DNA from: Asterias rubens
Lineage: Eukaryota
DNA: 64,000 nucleotides
Direction of reading: 5' to 3'
Assembly (NCBI RefSeq): GCF_902459465.1
Contig: NC_047062.1
Location: forward strand, 24,056,001 to 24,120,000
The translations under genes were made by a program, and so were the position numbers. A model generated the notes under the pieces. It saw nothing but the letters and a program-made list of their open reading frames with translations, ran no database searches and was not told the DNA's origin. Within the stretch, counting starts at the first letter, position 1, and each line of letters opens with the position of its first letter. Of the stretch, positions 48,901 through 63,500 are shown piece after piece.

Positions 48901-51900
48901 GTTCGAGTTCTGGCCAGGCCCTCTCGTTTGGTATTGCGGACGATTTTGACTTTACCAAGAAACCTTTCTTGTTTGATGTAATCCTCGAGTCTTTCCCCGA
49001 GATGTGCTGAAGAAGAAATTCAAACCAACACAAATAACTACACAAGGGCAACTCCACCAGTAGTGTGTTATATAGTGATTATGGGCACAACGTTAAAGGC
49101 AGTGGACACTATTGGTAATTACTCAAAATAAGTACTAGCATAAAACCTTTCTTGGTGACGAGTAATGGGGAGAGGTTCGTGGTATAAACAAATGTGAGAA
49201 ACGGCTCCCTCTGAAGTGCCATAGTTTTCGAGAGAGAAGTAGTTTTCCACGAATTTGACTTCGAGACCTCAGATTTAGAACTTGAGGTCTCGGAATCAAC
49301 CATCTAAACGCACACAACTTCGTGTGACAAGTTTTTTTTTCTTTCATTATTATCTCTCAATTTCGATGACCAACTGAGCTTAAATTTTCACTGGTTAGTT
49401 ACTTTATGCATATGTAGAGATACACCAAGTGAAAATGCTAGTCTTTGACAATTACCAACAGTGTCCACTGCCTTTAAGTAAACAAATTTTCTCGTTTAGT
49501 AAAAATGCAGTCATAAATATTATGTATACCAGATGTTAGCATAACATTATTTCAATTCTAAATATTACCAAGCAGTAACTCGTTCACTTTATGAGTTTAG
49601 TACCAACAACAAAACAAGCCAATTCAAGCTACTGAGAATAGATCATGGGCACGACGAAGTGCCGAGGCTTTATTACAGAGATGTCCACTTAAAAATGTTG
49701 ATTGTGTGAATGTGTGCGTGACCCGTTTGTTATATGATGGATAGGTGCTATTTTCCCAATTGCCACATACTATTCCCTTTGGGTTGTATCTTAGCTACAC
49801 TCGTACAGCCGAAATCTCTAATTTGTTTTAAGTTACATCAATTAGTTTGGTATTTTTAAAGACACTGGACACTATTGGTAACTGTCAAAATCCAGTTTTC
49901 TCATTTGGTGTATCTCAACATATGCATATATCACAAACCGGTGAAAGTTTGAGCTCAATTGGTCGCCGGAGTTGCGAGATAACTATGAAATAATAAAAAA
50001 ACACCCTTGTCACACGAAATTGTGTGCTTTGAGATGCTTGATTTAGAAAACTCAAATTCTAAACTTGAGGTCTCGAAATCAAATTCGTGGAAAATTACTT
50101 CTTTCTCGAAAACTACGTCACTTCAGAGGGAGCCGTTTCTCACAATGTTTTATATACTATCAACCTCTCCCCATTACTCGTTACCAAGTGAGGTTTTATG
50201 CTGATAATTGTTTTGAGTAATTACCAATAGTGTCCACTGCCTTTATTTACACCGAAATGAATGAATAGACTTGCCTTTGTCACTCATATCATCTACCATG
50301 ATAACTTCAGCTAGCAGGTCTGGCGGTGAGGTGTTCATAACACTGTGAACCGTTCGCAAGAGTGTGGAGAACCCCTCGTTGGAGAAGGCAATTACTACAC
50401 TTGCATTGGGTAGTTTTTCCGGATAGTGCCAATATTTGCATCTTTCATAAAGAACACAAATCACTTAATTTTAAACCGTTTATCAAGACGGCTTGTGAAA
50501 ACCTGAACTTGAAAATGAGATTTTTTTCGCTACAGTCATTATGGTATTTTTGTGCCGCATTTTTAAGGATGCATCAACAGTCTTGGGGCTAAATTGGTGA
50601 TCAAAATGATTTGTATTAAAGCAAGTTACACTCTTCCTTATTGGACATTCATTTAGCTTTGGTACAGTAAAAGTCTCCCTTATTCATCGATATTGGACAG
50701 TTTTGTACAGTGAAATCTACCTTGTACATCGATATTGGATATTGGACTTTTTGGCTACATTGTACATCGATATTGGATATTGAACATTCCCATATGTTTG
50801 TATGTCAAACAAACTTTACTATCACAATCACGTTTTTAAACGTGATTGTCTTAAAAGACAATCCTACAGTAAACCTACTGTTTATCTCTGATGTCGGGTG
50901 CGGCTCGGTCTAGTGATATCTGGTCACTTAGTGCCACGTTGAACCCGTACTCTTTCATACTCTGTGAATACTCGTTTCTCTTTTCTTCTGCCCATTTGAC
51001 CGGAACTCCGGACTCCCCTAGCCCGGTGCGAAACGGAGGGGGTACACGACTCTCGTAGTTCCCCAGTATACCCTGGCGAAACTCCGGTGGACTGACCGAG
51101 AGTTTGATGGACTCCTGCTGCCTGCGTGGAGGAAGTTGTTCATGTTTCTGTTCATGATTCTGCTTATCATCATGGCGTTCAAAAGGTCCCTTTTTGATAC
51201 AAAAGAAACTATATTTTAATTGAACAATACAATTTGCAATTGTTACTGTCAATACTCGCACAGATACAATGTAGGCCTACTCAACGAAATTCGTCTTTAA
51301 AATGTGTTTTTTGTTGTAAGTGAAAATTTATTACGAAAGTCACCTGAACTTTCTATAAAAAATGTCCCAACAAATAAAGACCAGTAAAAAACCTATAATA
51401 TTGCCTAATACAAACTCACACTCATGGTCTTCCCTCATTGAAACTTGGACAACTTCTAAAACACCACTGACTCCATGTGAACAGGTTGAATAACATTCGT
51501 CGTTTGTTTACAGTTTATAAAATAAAAATAAAATAAAAATGAATAATTGTTAGGTTTATTTGATAATACGAAAAGCTAATGTAAGCCGAGGACGCCACCT
51601 TAGAAGATTCACATAAATATATAATTGTTTACATTATATTCTCTTCAACCAACAACCTTTGCATCTGTGTTGTGTGCTAGGCAAAAATTACATGGGTTTT
51701 GTTTAACCACAGTGGCAAATCGATATTGGCCTTCATTTTGTTCGAAAGTAGGCATACACGTGTTTTATTACAGAGCATTCCACACGTCCAACCTCTGCGA
51801 TCACATCAAATGATTCCAGGTGTGATCAAAATTGCGGATGCGGAATACATCTAAAAAAAATAAAAAATGGAACCGCCCACGATAAATCGATTTGTTGTTA

Positions 51901-53202
51901 TCCTTTCTTGAAAACACAGCACAGTAAAAAATAAAACAACAGTGCCACTTTAAAAGGCTGCATAGTAATGAGCTTGAAGCTTACATTTTGATCTAGGCAC
52001 AAGGGTATTTTGAGTGAAGGCTAATTGTGATACTTCTGGTCTCACATCTCTGCACATGGAAATTTGTACTTTTACCGAATTATCATTTTATGGTAAACAT
52101 TCACCTGCACTGGACATGGATACCAACCATAATGATCAAATTATAGGCCGTTATAACGATGCATACGACTGAGTTATAGAGTATGAGTTTCTTTTAATTT
52201 AATGCTGACATGAAGTATTGCTCGTAAATGGTAATAGATAAGCACTCTAATTTTGTAATTAAGCGCTTCCAACATTATTACCCCTGAGGTCACTGAGCCA
52301 TTAAATTCATCCCTTAAACCATATCAGCTCCCTGGGGTGTATCAGCCTGTGAAAAAAAATACGCATACTAAGCTAAACTAATCACAAGAACCATCTCTGC
52401 CCTCACAAGTACCAATTTACCAAAGGGTGGAGACAAGCAATTATGTTTGAAGACAGTGGACACTATTGGTAATTGTCAAGACCAGTCTTCTCACTTGGTG
52501 TATCTCAACATATGCATAAAATAACAAGCCGATGAAAATTTGAGCTCAATTGGTTGTCATCGAAGTTGCGAGATAATAATGAAAGAAAAAACACCCTTGT
52601 CACACGAAGTAGTGTGCTTTTAGATGCTTGATTTCGAAATTCTAAATATATGAGGTCTCGAAATCAAATTCGTGGAAAATTACGTCTTTCTTAAAAAACT
52701 ACGTTACTCCAGAGGGAGCCGTTTCTCACAATGTTTTATACTACCAACAGCTCTCCATTCCTAATTACCAAGTAAGGTTTAATGCTAATAATTATTTTGA
52801 GTAATTATACCAATAGTGTCGACTCAGGGACTCGAACCCACACTGTGCTGAACTAAAACACCAGAGCTTGTGTTTGGGTGCTCTTATCCGCTCGGCCACG
52901 ACACTCCATTTTTGTCATACAGAGTCGCGACCCGACCTGTATACTATCAGTGTGAACGTTTTAGCAAATGAATTTTCCATGAGAATGTTATCGCGTATGC
53001 ATGAACTGCACCCATCAAGCAAGTTAACTTTATGTTTAAAATAAATCGACCCTTGTTTCCATATCAAGAGCAATTATCCATCACTAATTTGCTCATCATT
53101 GTGAAAATAAATAAATAAATAAAATTATTGGGAGGAATCGCCTCAAGTAGACAATGCAACATGTATATGTTTAACTAGCCCTATAAAGGACTCTCTCTCT
53201 CG

Positions 53203-53233
<31 letters not shown>

Positions 53234-53542
53234 TACACATACTGTAGTATAATACGAAAGTCTAAGACCGACAGGGCCAAGGTTTAAACGAGCCTATATA
53301 CAATGCATGTTTCAAAATTACTTAATGAACCGATTTAGGTATAGCTAACTAATAGATTTAAGATTGCAGTATAGACCCCATGTGTAGTTTTTCAAATAAT
53401 TTCCAAATATATTTACCATGAGGTTCGAAGAAGACTCGTACTTGTCCGTGCTCATCAGTAAAACAAGTGCGACGATGAATATACAGCCAATGGCAAGGAC
53501 TACTTTGTATGTCCTACACCTCAGAGAACGCCTGCACCTCAT
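42908..53542 (-). CDS. GALNT7: Polypeptide N-acetylgalactosaminyltransferase, GALNT7-like copy B, ~610 aa, complete
   Basis: Exons 53542-53417, 51189-50879, 50441-50275, 49006-48793, 47736-47560, 47027-46910, 46253-46134, 44758-44540, 43924-43679, 43042-42908 total 1833 nt; [51 protein letters not shown], ricin-B lectin; subfamily by recalled motifs. Confidence 0.88.
44154..44482. mobile_element. Copy of the abundant TTAA MITE
   Basis: Same TIR and internal sequence as 20410-20791. Confidence 0.75.
44803..45160. mobile_element. Copy of the abundant TTAA MITE
   Basis: Same TIR and internal sequence, opposite orientation. Confidence 0.75.
46428..46500 (+). mobile_element. tRNA-like SINE head
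   Basis: A box TAGCTCAGTTGG and B box GGTTCAAATC without a convincing full cloverleaf; similar heads at ~46755, ~52820 (-), ~56700 and ~59400 (-). Confidence 0.5.
47802..48148. mobile_element. Copy of the abundant TTAA MITE
   Basis: Same TIR and internal sequence. Confidence 0.75.
49097..49473. mobile_element. Copy of the abundant TTAA MITE
   Basis: TTAA|aggcagtggacactattggtaatt...gtgtccactgcct|TTAA. Confidence 0.8.
49860..50242. mobile_element. Copy of the abundant TTAA MITE
   Basis: Same TIR and internal sequence. Confidence 0.78.
52451..52820. mobile_element. Copy of the abundant TTAA MITE, right end interrupted by a SINE-like sequence
   Basis: TIR ends at caatagtgtc and runs into gactcagggactcgaaccc (reverse B box). 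Confidence 0.7.
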
Positions 53543-54804
53543 CGCTTCCTATAATACGATTACTAGCATCAGCAACGGAGAGAAAATCTCTTCCGGTATC
53601 GGTAGTGGTGATCACCAAAAGAGTGAGCGAATACTGGTAGCTGCTGTGATACTACATGCTCTGAACTTGTTGCCTGCAAATCACGCACGGGCGCTGGTCC
53701 ATCTAATTGTCGTCAAATTACACACAAAACCTTTTTATCATGGCAAAAAAATCGATACTTCCATAACGCGTTCATTAGTATCGTTGCCATGCTGCCACAA
53801 AATATTGCTTGAAAAGATACTGTTCTGTATTTTGGCCTTCATTGTTGTCACTTTGGTACAATTTTCCACGGTACAGTGGTTTTCTACTGCGGCCCAGAAT
53901 TGACGTGGCACATTTTTTTCCCCCTTGCACTTGTTAAGAGATTGCGTAGTCCTACATAATTTATACACAACATGATGGATAATATGGATGCACAAAATAT
54001 GAATCTCGAAACCACATGAACACAAACCCTCATATCGGTTTGGGTGCTACCCATAGTTTAACAACCGTGCCATATTTCATTTTTGGTTGGATGGCCGGGC
54101 TTGCTAAAGATAAGCCCGTGTCCGAAATAATGGCTTATGCAATGACTTTGGCTGAGTCGCTCGCTAAAACGTTATTCCTGCAGCAAACTTATCATAGCCG
54201 TAGCCGAAGTCGCTTGATTCGCACACGGCCTTATTATTCTCTGCTGCTTAATATTAAATCGTGTGTAATTTCCAAAAATTTGTCACAGTGGATGATGATT
54301 ATGATGATGGTGATAGTGATGATAATGTTCATAATGAACCTTTGGGAACGTCCAAATGGATAGCTAACGATAAATGGATAGCTAACGATAAACCGTATAC
54401 TACATTGAAGGTCAATATAGTTCATGATACAATGCACGTCAGTGCATAATGAAATTGAGAGGTTTCTTTTCTGCAATCGTTGGTAGTCTGCATTTAGACT
54501 GATATCGTTTGCAGCGCATTGTTTGCTGTATTACAACCTGTGCAGTGAACTGTAGTTATTCAATTCTGTCATGGTGTGGTAGACAGCAACGCTAAACTGT
54601 GAAACCAAACTCCTAGATTTGTGTAGCGCCCTCTCACTAACCTTTCCCAAATGAACTTACGTATGTAGGCGTACTTAAAAAAATTGTTGGGTCTAAACTA
54701 AAATGAAGGGACAAAATTAAAAAGTGGCTGTCGACAAACATTTGGATTTGACAAAGTGCAGGTCAGCCGAACGATTTATTAAGTCTGATGTCAACCACTA
54801 AGTT

Positions 54805-55683
54805 ATGAATTCAAGGTGAGTTTCCGGCCACTTTTCAACCATAACGTCTCCTCTCGTACTCCTGAACTATGCATGGTATAGAGAGACACTATTTCTTTCC
54901 CGACTGTGCTTTACAAACTCATATATTCTGGGCCACTTTGTGTCATTTTCAGACCAGAACTGACCAGCGAGATAGAGGATACTCCGATTGCTCATCTGAG
55001 CATGTTCAACGGGGCCGTACAGTTTCGTGGCAGAGGTGAACTTTCATACACGAAATTATTTTACTTTAACTTAAGTCAATCTCTGTCTTTCTTCGGGATC
55101 AAGAAATACGATGTCAAACAGTCTTCGGAGACTAATAGGGGCGATAAACTGACAGGGCGCTTTCTTTGGAACAGATTCAAACAAAGCTCATGTACTTGAA
55201 GTTAAGATAAAGCAAAGATTACAGTGGCCGTGTGTTCTTGATAAAATGGACATCTTGAAGCATTTTATACTTCGACAAAAAAATGAGCAAAATACACCCC
55301 ATTTAACGTTGATCAATCTTTCGCCTTTGATGCACCATTACGACCGTAAAGCCCGCGGCCCCCGGTTCATGCATACTTGGTGCGAATGCTTTGTGTGAGC
55401 GATTATTCTTGCGTCACGCTGGAAAGGGATGGCGTACCGAATATTGCGTCACCAAAATTGGCTTCACATTCGCACTCGCAGGAAGTATGAACCGGGCTTT
55501 TAAGACGGCATTGAATGCTATGATCAATATCTGATTTATTGATTTGACTGTTTTCTTTTGATCTGATCTTTATGTCATTTTTATGCAGTTGATGTCAATA
55601 GTCAAGAGGCAATACAGGAGACAAACATGAACGCCACAGCAGGACGAGGATACCACTATCATGCAGACATTATACATCCCTGA
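54805..55683 (+). CDS. Candidate 62-aa microprotein (exons 54805-54815, 54953-55035, 55589-55683)
   Basis: Phase-consistent GT-AG joins give MNSRPELTSEIEDTPIAHLSMFNGAVQFRGRVDVNSQEAIQETNMNATAGRGYHYHADIIHP; AATAAA at 55705. Confidence 0.4.
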
Positions 55684-55778
55684 ACTCAAAGTAACACGTT
55701 TATCAATAAAAGATTCACGATGGCTCTATTGGGTTACTGCTTCACCAGAAAGTGTGTTTTTGGTATCGTTAACAGATG

Positions 55779-56069
55779 TTCTAGATTTCGGTGCCGCATA
55801 GCGTGTGCCATTTTTCGGCATTTACTTTAGATCTAACTAAAATGGCGTCTATTCTATCCTTCCTATTTTTACCAGGAATTATTTAGGGTTGTACTACGAG
55901 AATAAACGCAGACAGATAAAACAGATGGTCTAGATTTCGTTGCCGCATAGCGTGTGCCATTTTTCGGCATTTACTTTAGATCTAACTAAAATGGCGTCTA
56001 CTCTTTCCTTCCTATTTTTACCCGGAATTATTGTGGGATTGTACTAAGAGAATAGGCGCAGACAGATAG
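55779..56069. repeat. Tandem duplication, 2 x ~149 bp
   Basis: tctagatttcg.tgccgcatagcgtgtgcc...gcagacagata occurs twice. Confidence 0.9.
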
Positions 56070-57545
56070 ATTTCACACACACAGCTCTGAGATAATTGCA
56101 CTGTCCAAACGGCAAACGTTTGACGCGTCATCCGTTTGCACTGTGTTTAGATTGTGTTTGGGCAAAGCCTTAACATGTCAAATAGGCTGATACTTTACTT
56201 ATGTTTGCAGAAAGTTGTTTATAACCGTTCGCCTTATCATGGTTGGCATGAACGACTTGCCGTACGTATGAGCAGTGGTCAAGGAGTTAGTTCGACATGA
56301 TTCAAAGACCACTCTGTTGAACAGCAGTGCTCAGACGGACTTCACCCTGGCTTGCTACAGCTTACCAAAATGCACATGACTCAAGATCAATATATGTTAA
56401 ATATTCAAGAGTAAACATTAGAACAATCAACAACAGTTTCAAAGGTTTAATCTGACCAAACAAAAACCCTAATTTTTTTACATTAAATGTGTGCGATACA
56501 TTAAACAATATTATTAGCATCGTGGCATTGTCTCGGGATTGCTTACAGTAATTATGTATTTTGTTTTATTAGTCATAAGTCAACTGTACGATCCATCCCC
56601 TATCTTCACACCGAACACCCTGTACCTCTTACAGTCTATATTTATATATGGGGTTAAGAAACAAACAAATTGACTTGAGTAAGATTTAAACCAACGACCT
56701 CCGGAACAATCATCCGGACGCCGTTGGTTCAAACGCCACCCCAATTTTGTTTTCTGTGTTCAACCCCCAACACTTTTATAATGACATTATAAATAAATAT
56801 TTATTCATTTAGGTAATACATTCAATAAATATTACTCCCACCATAATCTGTGCGATAATACAAGGCATGTATTGCTTATGATAACCATCTATTTCACATT
56901 ACGATCCCAAACTACCTTCTTTTAAAGTCTAAGTTGTGATGTGTTCATGTAAAAAGGGAAAAAAATAAAAACATACATGATTTTTTAGGTTTTTTCCAAC
57001 CGCTTGTGTCCTTCCAGTTGTTCATTTTGTTTATCGATACAGTTTCCTCACCAATATTTCAACTCACCCCCAAAATGCGAGTTTCCATTTCATGTCTACT
57101 TTCTCGTTCATTATCCTTTTCGTTTTCGTCCCGTCCATTCTTTCGCATTTTAAAAATAATATCGCACTATACCTTGGTGAGTTATACTATTACTATGATA
57201 AACCCTAAAGACTTGACACTAAAACTGTTTTTGATTTTGTTTTGTTTAATGTTACATTTAAAAGGGATTTTATGTAAAACTGCGATCAGTAGTAAACTCG
57301 GCACATTTCCCCCTTACTCGACGTTGTCTTGAGGGCGCCCTTTTAAACGTACAGAGAACCCTATCAATGTTGTTGTTGTTGTTGTTTTTTTGCCAGAAGA
57401 TAATAATACTGCAATATAGAAAGGTTTGCGGTAACACCATGTAACGATAAGCTCTAATTGAGTTGGGGTGGTTCTGAAAAGAATCGTAGGTTTTAACTCG
57501 ACGTTTCGACCAGGGTGCTCCGATCGACTTTGGGAGAATTTTGTT

Positions 57546-60500
57546 TTACTGCAGGTATACGGATGAGTAGGAAGCCGAAAATCCACTTTTCTGGATAGAC
57601 TCATCCGACTGAAGCCAAACCGTCATCTGGTTGCCAGAAGAGACGAAAGACCCCACAACAGACCCCGATCCACACATCCTAAAGAGACACGCGGGCATGG
57701 TTATACTGTCACTTATCACACCTGACCAAACGAGTCGTAACTAACTAAGAGTGTAACGAAGCCATGCAATGTTTTTTTTCTACGTTTAATTTTTCAAGAC
57801 AGCATGCACGAAGTAACACCTAATCTTTAATCATTACCCTCACCGAATTGATATCGAGAGAAAGGAATACTCTCATTTTTTTTCTCGAGGAAATACATTT
57901 GAAAAATTTAAAAAGGAGAAAACTAGTCTATATTATAATTTCGAAGGAACATTTCTATCCCAAGGAAACGAAATAAAGGGTATTTAAAAGAAAAATTAAC
58001 AGAGGAAATTTCGACTACTTTGAGTGAACGAGATAACATTGTGAGCACGAATAATTCATAATAATGATGCTGATGATGATGATGATGATGAACTATTATG
58101 AAGGATTCAGAAAAATGAATTCGAGGGAAGAAAATCACTTCTACGATCCCTACTATGTTTGATTATGTCCACATCATTTTCCGTACAATTGTGTCAGGGT
58201 TACTATAGGTAAGCCAGTCATTGGTTGATATTGTGACTGCCGGAAAACTAGGAGTATTGAATATATATTTTTGTATCATGTTTTTACATTAACAAATAAA
58301 TTGTGCAATGAATGTTAGATTTGAAACTGTTTGAGTGACTCACCCTGCTGGTACATATTCATTGGCCACCTTGATGGAAAGTCTGTCCCATTCACATGTG
58401 CTCCCATCTTCGATATCAAGGGTGTCAATGCTCAACTCCACGTGCTGTCCCGCTGGTGCCTGTGTGTTGGACAGATCAGAGTGGACCAACCATAAGGAGC
58501 AAAACCAAATAGGTATCCAATATGCTTGTTTAGCGTGATGTTCTTGGTCAATTTTGAATCTTAATTAATTTAACAAATACAAAATAAACAAAATCAAAAA
58601 CACACATTCCCTTTTCTGGAAACATCTTGTGTTCTTTCCCTTGTCCCTGTTAGTCCAAGCTCCAGACCCCAAAAATTGAGAACAACCTACACAAATTGCT
58701 CCCCTCAATATTTTGCCGGGTTAAAATGTTATACACCACCCTGATTCATGATCAGCACGTCTTACCACACATTTTCATGTACAAATATTGAGGGGAGCAA
58801 ATAGTGTAAGGTAAAAATGTTTAAAAAAAATTTTGGCACTGTAGAGCTTGGACTATAAATAAATAAATAAATATAAAGAGAACATTATTTTTTTTTTCCC
58901 CATACACCGATGTGTGTTAGTACTGTATACTCAGTACTTTCACGAGTCCTGTGAAAAAAAAGTCACATGCATGTTACTCGGGTGGGATTCGAACCCAGGA
59001 CCCTTGCAATTCTAGAGCAAGGTCTTACCAACTAGACTACCGAGGTTGCCTAGAATAGCTGGAGGCAGTTCGAATCCTATGTTTTGGCAGCGGGTACCGC
59101 GATATAAAGCCATTTATTAAAACAATGTAAATTTAATCTGGTGGAAAATCATAAAAGGTTACGCTCCGGAAGTGTCAGGCATTCAGGCGCCGGTTCAGTT
59201 AATGGCACACACTGGCCCCTCCCCATTGCCATATAGGACCCTTCAGGACTTGCATCCGACCCAGAGCACATCCCCCCCTGCCTCGAACCCTAGCCACTGC
59301 GCGGGCCCTGTCCCTTTAGGGGAGAAAACAAGGCAGATCCCAATCACACTGTCCCATCAGGGGCAGCAAAAAGCCTTGAATCTATATTAGAGACAGACGG
59401 TATTCGAACCCGGACCGGATGATCCGAGTTACTGAGACAGTCCCACCACCCTTAACCCACTGGGCTAATGTGTTGGTGCTTAAAAACTGGTGTTTTCATG
59501 GTCATAATCAATAGACCGTTTGCGCCCCGTGCCTCAGGTGACCAATAGTGGGTAAAATGTAAACAAACACGGCGTACTGCATATAAACGTGCGTTAAGAA
59601 GACATGGTTACTGTTAAAAGGTGATTAAGCTGCGGTTGCTTTGTGTTTTTGTGCTAGGGTTGGTGCTTAAAAACTGGTGTTTTCATGGTCATACTCAATA
59701 CACCGATTGCGCTCCGTGCCTCACGTGACCTATAGTGGGTAAAATGTAAACAAATACGGCGTACTGCATATAAGACATGGTTACTGTCATAAGGTGATTA
59801 AGCTGCAGTTACTCTGTGTTTTGTTTGCTATTTACTCTCAATTTTTCGCTCAATAAACCCTCAACTCTCGAAATCACTTGAGAGTATTCCTGAGTTTGTA
59901 AGATGAGACCTTACCCGTGGCTGAACAATGCCAGTATTGGGTTAAACCAACAGTCCACCAACTAGGAAATTCCACGAAAATGTCCACAGGATGTCATGTG
60001 TATGTGCACGGAAAGTGTGGTTTTACAATGCCCTCGTTGTAATGATATTGTTGCCAATATTTTCAATAAAAATCTCATGAAGAAGCTGCAAATTTGATTT
60101 ATTTTCACCCTCAAATTATTTGATTTCAAGGGGTATAGCTGTCACACAGCGTAAAATCCACGGCGCGTGAGCTCGCTCAAACCTCATTTATAGTCTAACA
60201 AAAGAAGCCTTTTTTGTAGTACAATACTTAAAATATCAAACAGCAAAATGTGATTTAAATCAATATCACAACATTCAACTTTAGAAAAAGGGCTTCGTTT
60301 TTATAGTAGGAGTTTTCTCATGTCTTTATTTTGTAGCTGTGATTTTCTATACCCACTATAGGTCACTTGAACACATGTGAACATTGATAGCGCGATCGGT
60401 CTATTCCACATATTGAGGTGAAGCGCCCAAGTATGGGGAGAAAACGTTAAAAGGCACTGGACGCTATTGGTAATTACTCAAAATAGTTGTTAGCACAAAA

Positions 60501-63500
60501 ACTGACTTGGTAACGAACAATGGAGAGCTATTGATAGTTTAACAAAATGTGAAAAATGGCCCCCTCTGAAGTAAAACGTAGTTTTTGAGAAACAAGTAAC
60601 TTCTCAGTAAAATAATATTTGAAATGATTTCTAGACTTCACGCGTAAAAAACACATATATAACTGTAGTGAGAGAGAGACAGACAGATTGAATTTGGGTT
60701 TTTTCCCGACTTCATTAAACAAATTATTAAAGTGAAACGCAGCAAATGTTTGAACATCAGGTAAAATCAGTATGTGTGTGTTTACACACCATTCGCAAAG
60801 GGGCTCCATAACTTGGCCTCTGACAATTCCAAACTACAACATTTATTTATACATTAATACAAGCGAAACATAAGGTCTAACAAACACACGGCACTGTGAC
60901 GAATAGAAATAAATACAAATATTTACTGGGAAAAATGGCCCCTGTAAAATATTTCTTTCAGCCAAACTCTTCAATAACTCTGGAACTAAAATTGCTAAAG
61001 AGACGCAGTTTGTAGCTGAGTCATACTGGCATGTCCCAGTATCATAATTTCAATGTTTTAGGGCAACTTCCACACTTCTTGATGGCGAAAAGGACAAGTA
61101 GGCGTGTATGTTCCGAACCGATCTTAACATCCTCCCCAATAGGAATTTTGTGCACATATATGTCGGAGAGAAAATCAAAAGTTAGCACGGGTAAGTTCGA
61201 CCCCAGTTTAATTCTCATTCTTAACAAGTTTTGCATCATCGGATGGCCATTTTCAAGGCTTACTCGTATAAAACTTAAATTTATGACGATTTGTATGGTG
61301 GTGCCAGCGGCAAGGGAGTGGAGCTGCTACCCTCTCCAAAATTGGCGCATAAACTGGTGTATATGGTCTAACAAACACAGAAATACAGAAAAAATACACA
61401 CTGGAAAAATGCCCGGGTAAAATAAATCTTTCAGCCAAACTCTTCAATAACTCTGAAACTGAAATTGCTAGAGAGACGCAGTTTGTACCTGAGTCATCCT
61501 GGCATGCCCTGTATCATAATTTGAAAGTTTTAGGACAACTTCCTCACTTCTTGATGGCACAAATGACAAGTTGGCGTGTATTCTCCGAAACGATCTCAAC
61601 AGCCTCACTAATGGGAATTTTGTGCACAGATATGTCGGAGAAAAAAATTAAGCTAAAACGGGTAAATTCGACCCCAGTTTAATGTCATATATAAGATATA
61701 ACTTATGAGCTTTCACATGATTGTTGTTTCTTTTAAGACACTTGACAATGGCCCCGGTAAAATAGTTCTTTTAGCAGCAAAAATGCACTTTCGCCGGGTC
61801 AACATTTTATACACCATCTTGATTCATGTCTTACCACACATTGTTATGAACAAATATTCGAAAGTGTATTTTTCACAACATTATTCTGTTCAACCAATAT
61901 TTAATTTTGATCCTGACCAAATTTGCCTTAAAATGTTCCCCCAAATTGTCTGTTTCCATTTTATGTTATGCAAAATGGCGGCCATATTGAATTTTGAAAC
62001 ATTTAAAATGTAAAATTGACAAACCTATAACCTTCAGCCAGATTTGGGCTGAATCAGTCTCTTAATATTCTAGTTATGTCAATGGGAGTATTATTTCAGG
62101 GGGAAAACGGCGGCCATTTTGTTTTTGACCCAAAAAAGCACTTTTGCCGGGTCAAAATGTTATACACCACCCTGATTCATGATCAGCACGTCTTACCGCA
62201 CATTTTCATGTAAAAATATTACGGGGAGCAAATAGTGTAAGGTAAAATAGTTTTAAAGCATTTTTGGCACTGTGGAGCCTAGACTATGTACTTATGATTT
62301 GTCCATAGACTTTGTACACAAAACCCCTTGTGGAGCACCCCGGTCGTTATATATATCCATATGGAGTCCTTTTATTTTTCGTTTTTTGTTTTGTCCTTGG
62401 TGTCCAGAAGGTACCGAGTATGAGAGCATCCACACCAGCAAACAAAAACCCAAATTCAAAATAACTACTGAATTTGATAATGAACTTGAATCACATTCAA
62501 CGGAATTTTTTTTTTTGATAAAACGAGGATAACAAAGTTATAAGTCAAATGTTAGATAATAAACTTGACAGCTCACGATTAACTGTACATTAAAAGACAG
62601 TGGACACTATTGGTAATTGTCAAAGACCAGTCTTCTCTACTATGGTGTATCTCAACATATGCATACAATAATAAACCTGCAAAAATTTGGTCGTCAAAGT
62701 TGCGAGATAATAATGAAAGAAAAACACCCTTGTCACACGAAGTTGTGTGCTTTTAGATGGTTGATTTCGAGACCTCAAATTCTAAACTTGAGGTCTCGAA
62801 ATCAAATTTGTGAAAAAATACTTCTTTCTCGAAAACTATGTTACTTCAGAGAAAGCCGTTTCTCACAATGTTTTATACCATCAACCTCTCCCCATTACTC
62901 ATTACCAAGTAAAGTTTTATCCTTATAATTATTTTGAGTAATTACCAATAGTGTCCACTGTCTGAGTACGAAGACTTACAGTTATGGTCCAGAGGCAGTC
63001 AGAATCCGGCGGATAATCACCTGGATATGCCGGCGAGGTGAGGGTTCCAGACCCACTCAACGATCCCCCACAAACTGATAAAATACAATATTATAGAATA
63101 ATGTCTTAACTACAAGTAATCAAGTATACAAAGGCCGGTTTTAAGCTAACGAAAACAGGATATTTATTCACTGGTGACGTCACGATCACTTTATCAGGTG
63201 TTGAATTATATTAAATTTTGTTTTGTGTCGATTGTCGAAATATTTGGTTCGTTTGTTATCAATCTTTTGATGGATTTTAATTAATCTAGGTTTATCTTTT
63301 TATTTATTTAATTATTTTGGGTTTTTCCTCCTTTCACTTTTCTTTGTTGCAATACACTCAGTTTGTCCAAGGAATAAATGTAAACAACAATAAGAACCAA
63401 ATATGAATCTTATTTCAGCGATAACCATTCAATTTTTCGTGTTTTTCTCTACTCAATTTATAAATGAAATGAAACGTAAATGACAAGGGAATTCTCACCT

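Noticed and set aside
53418-53903. 161-aa plus-strand ORF
   Set aside because: Largely the antisense of GALNT-B exon 1 and its 5' region; no recognisable domain.
62617-62928. Recurrent 60-100 aa ORFs such as ...[14 protein letters not shown]... (also at 26291, 37363, 44166, 44799, 49109, 50007)
   Set aside because: Translations of the same non-coding MITE with inconsistent frames between copies.
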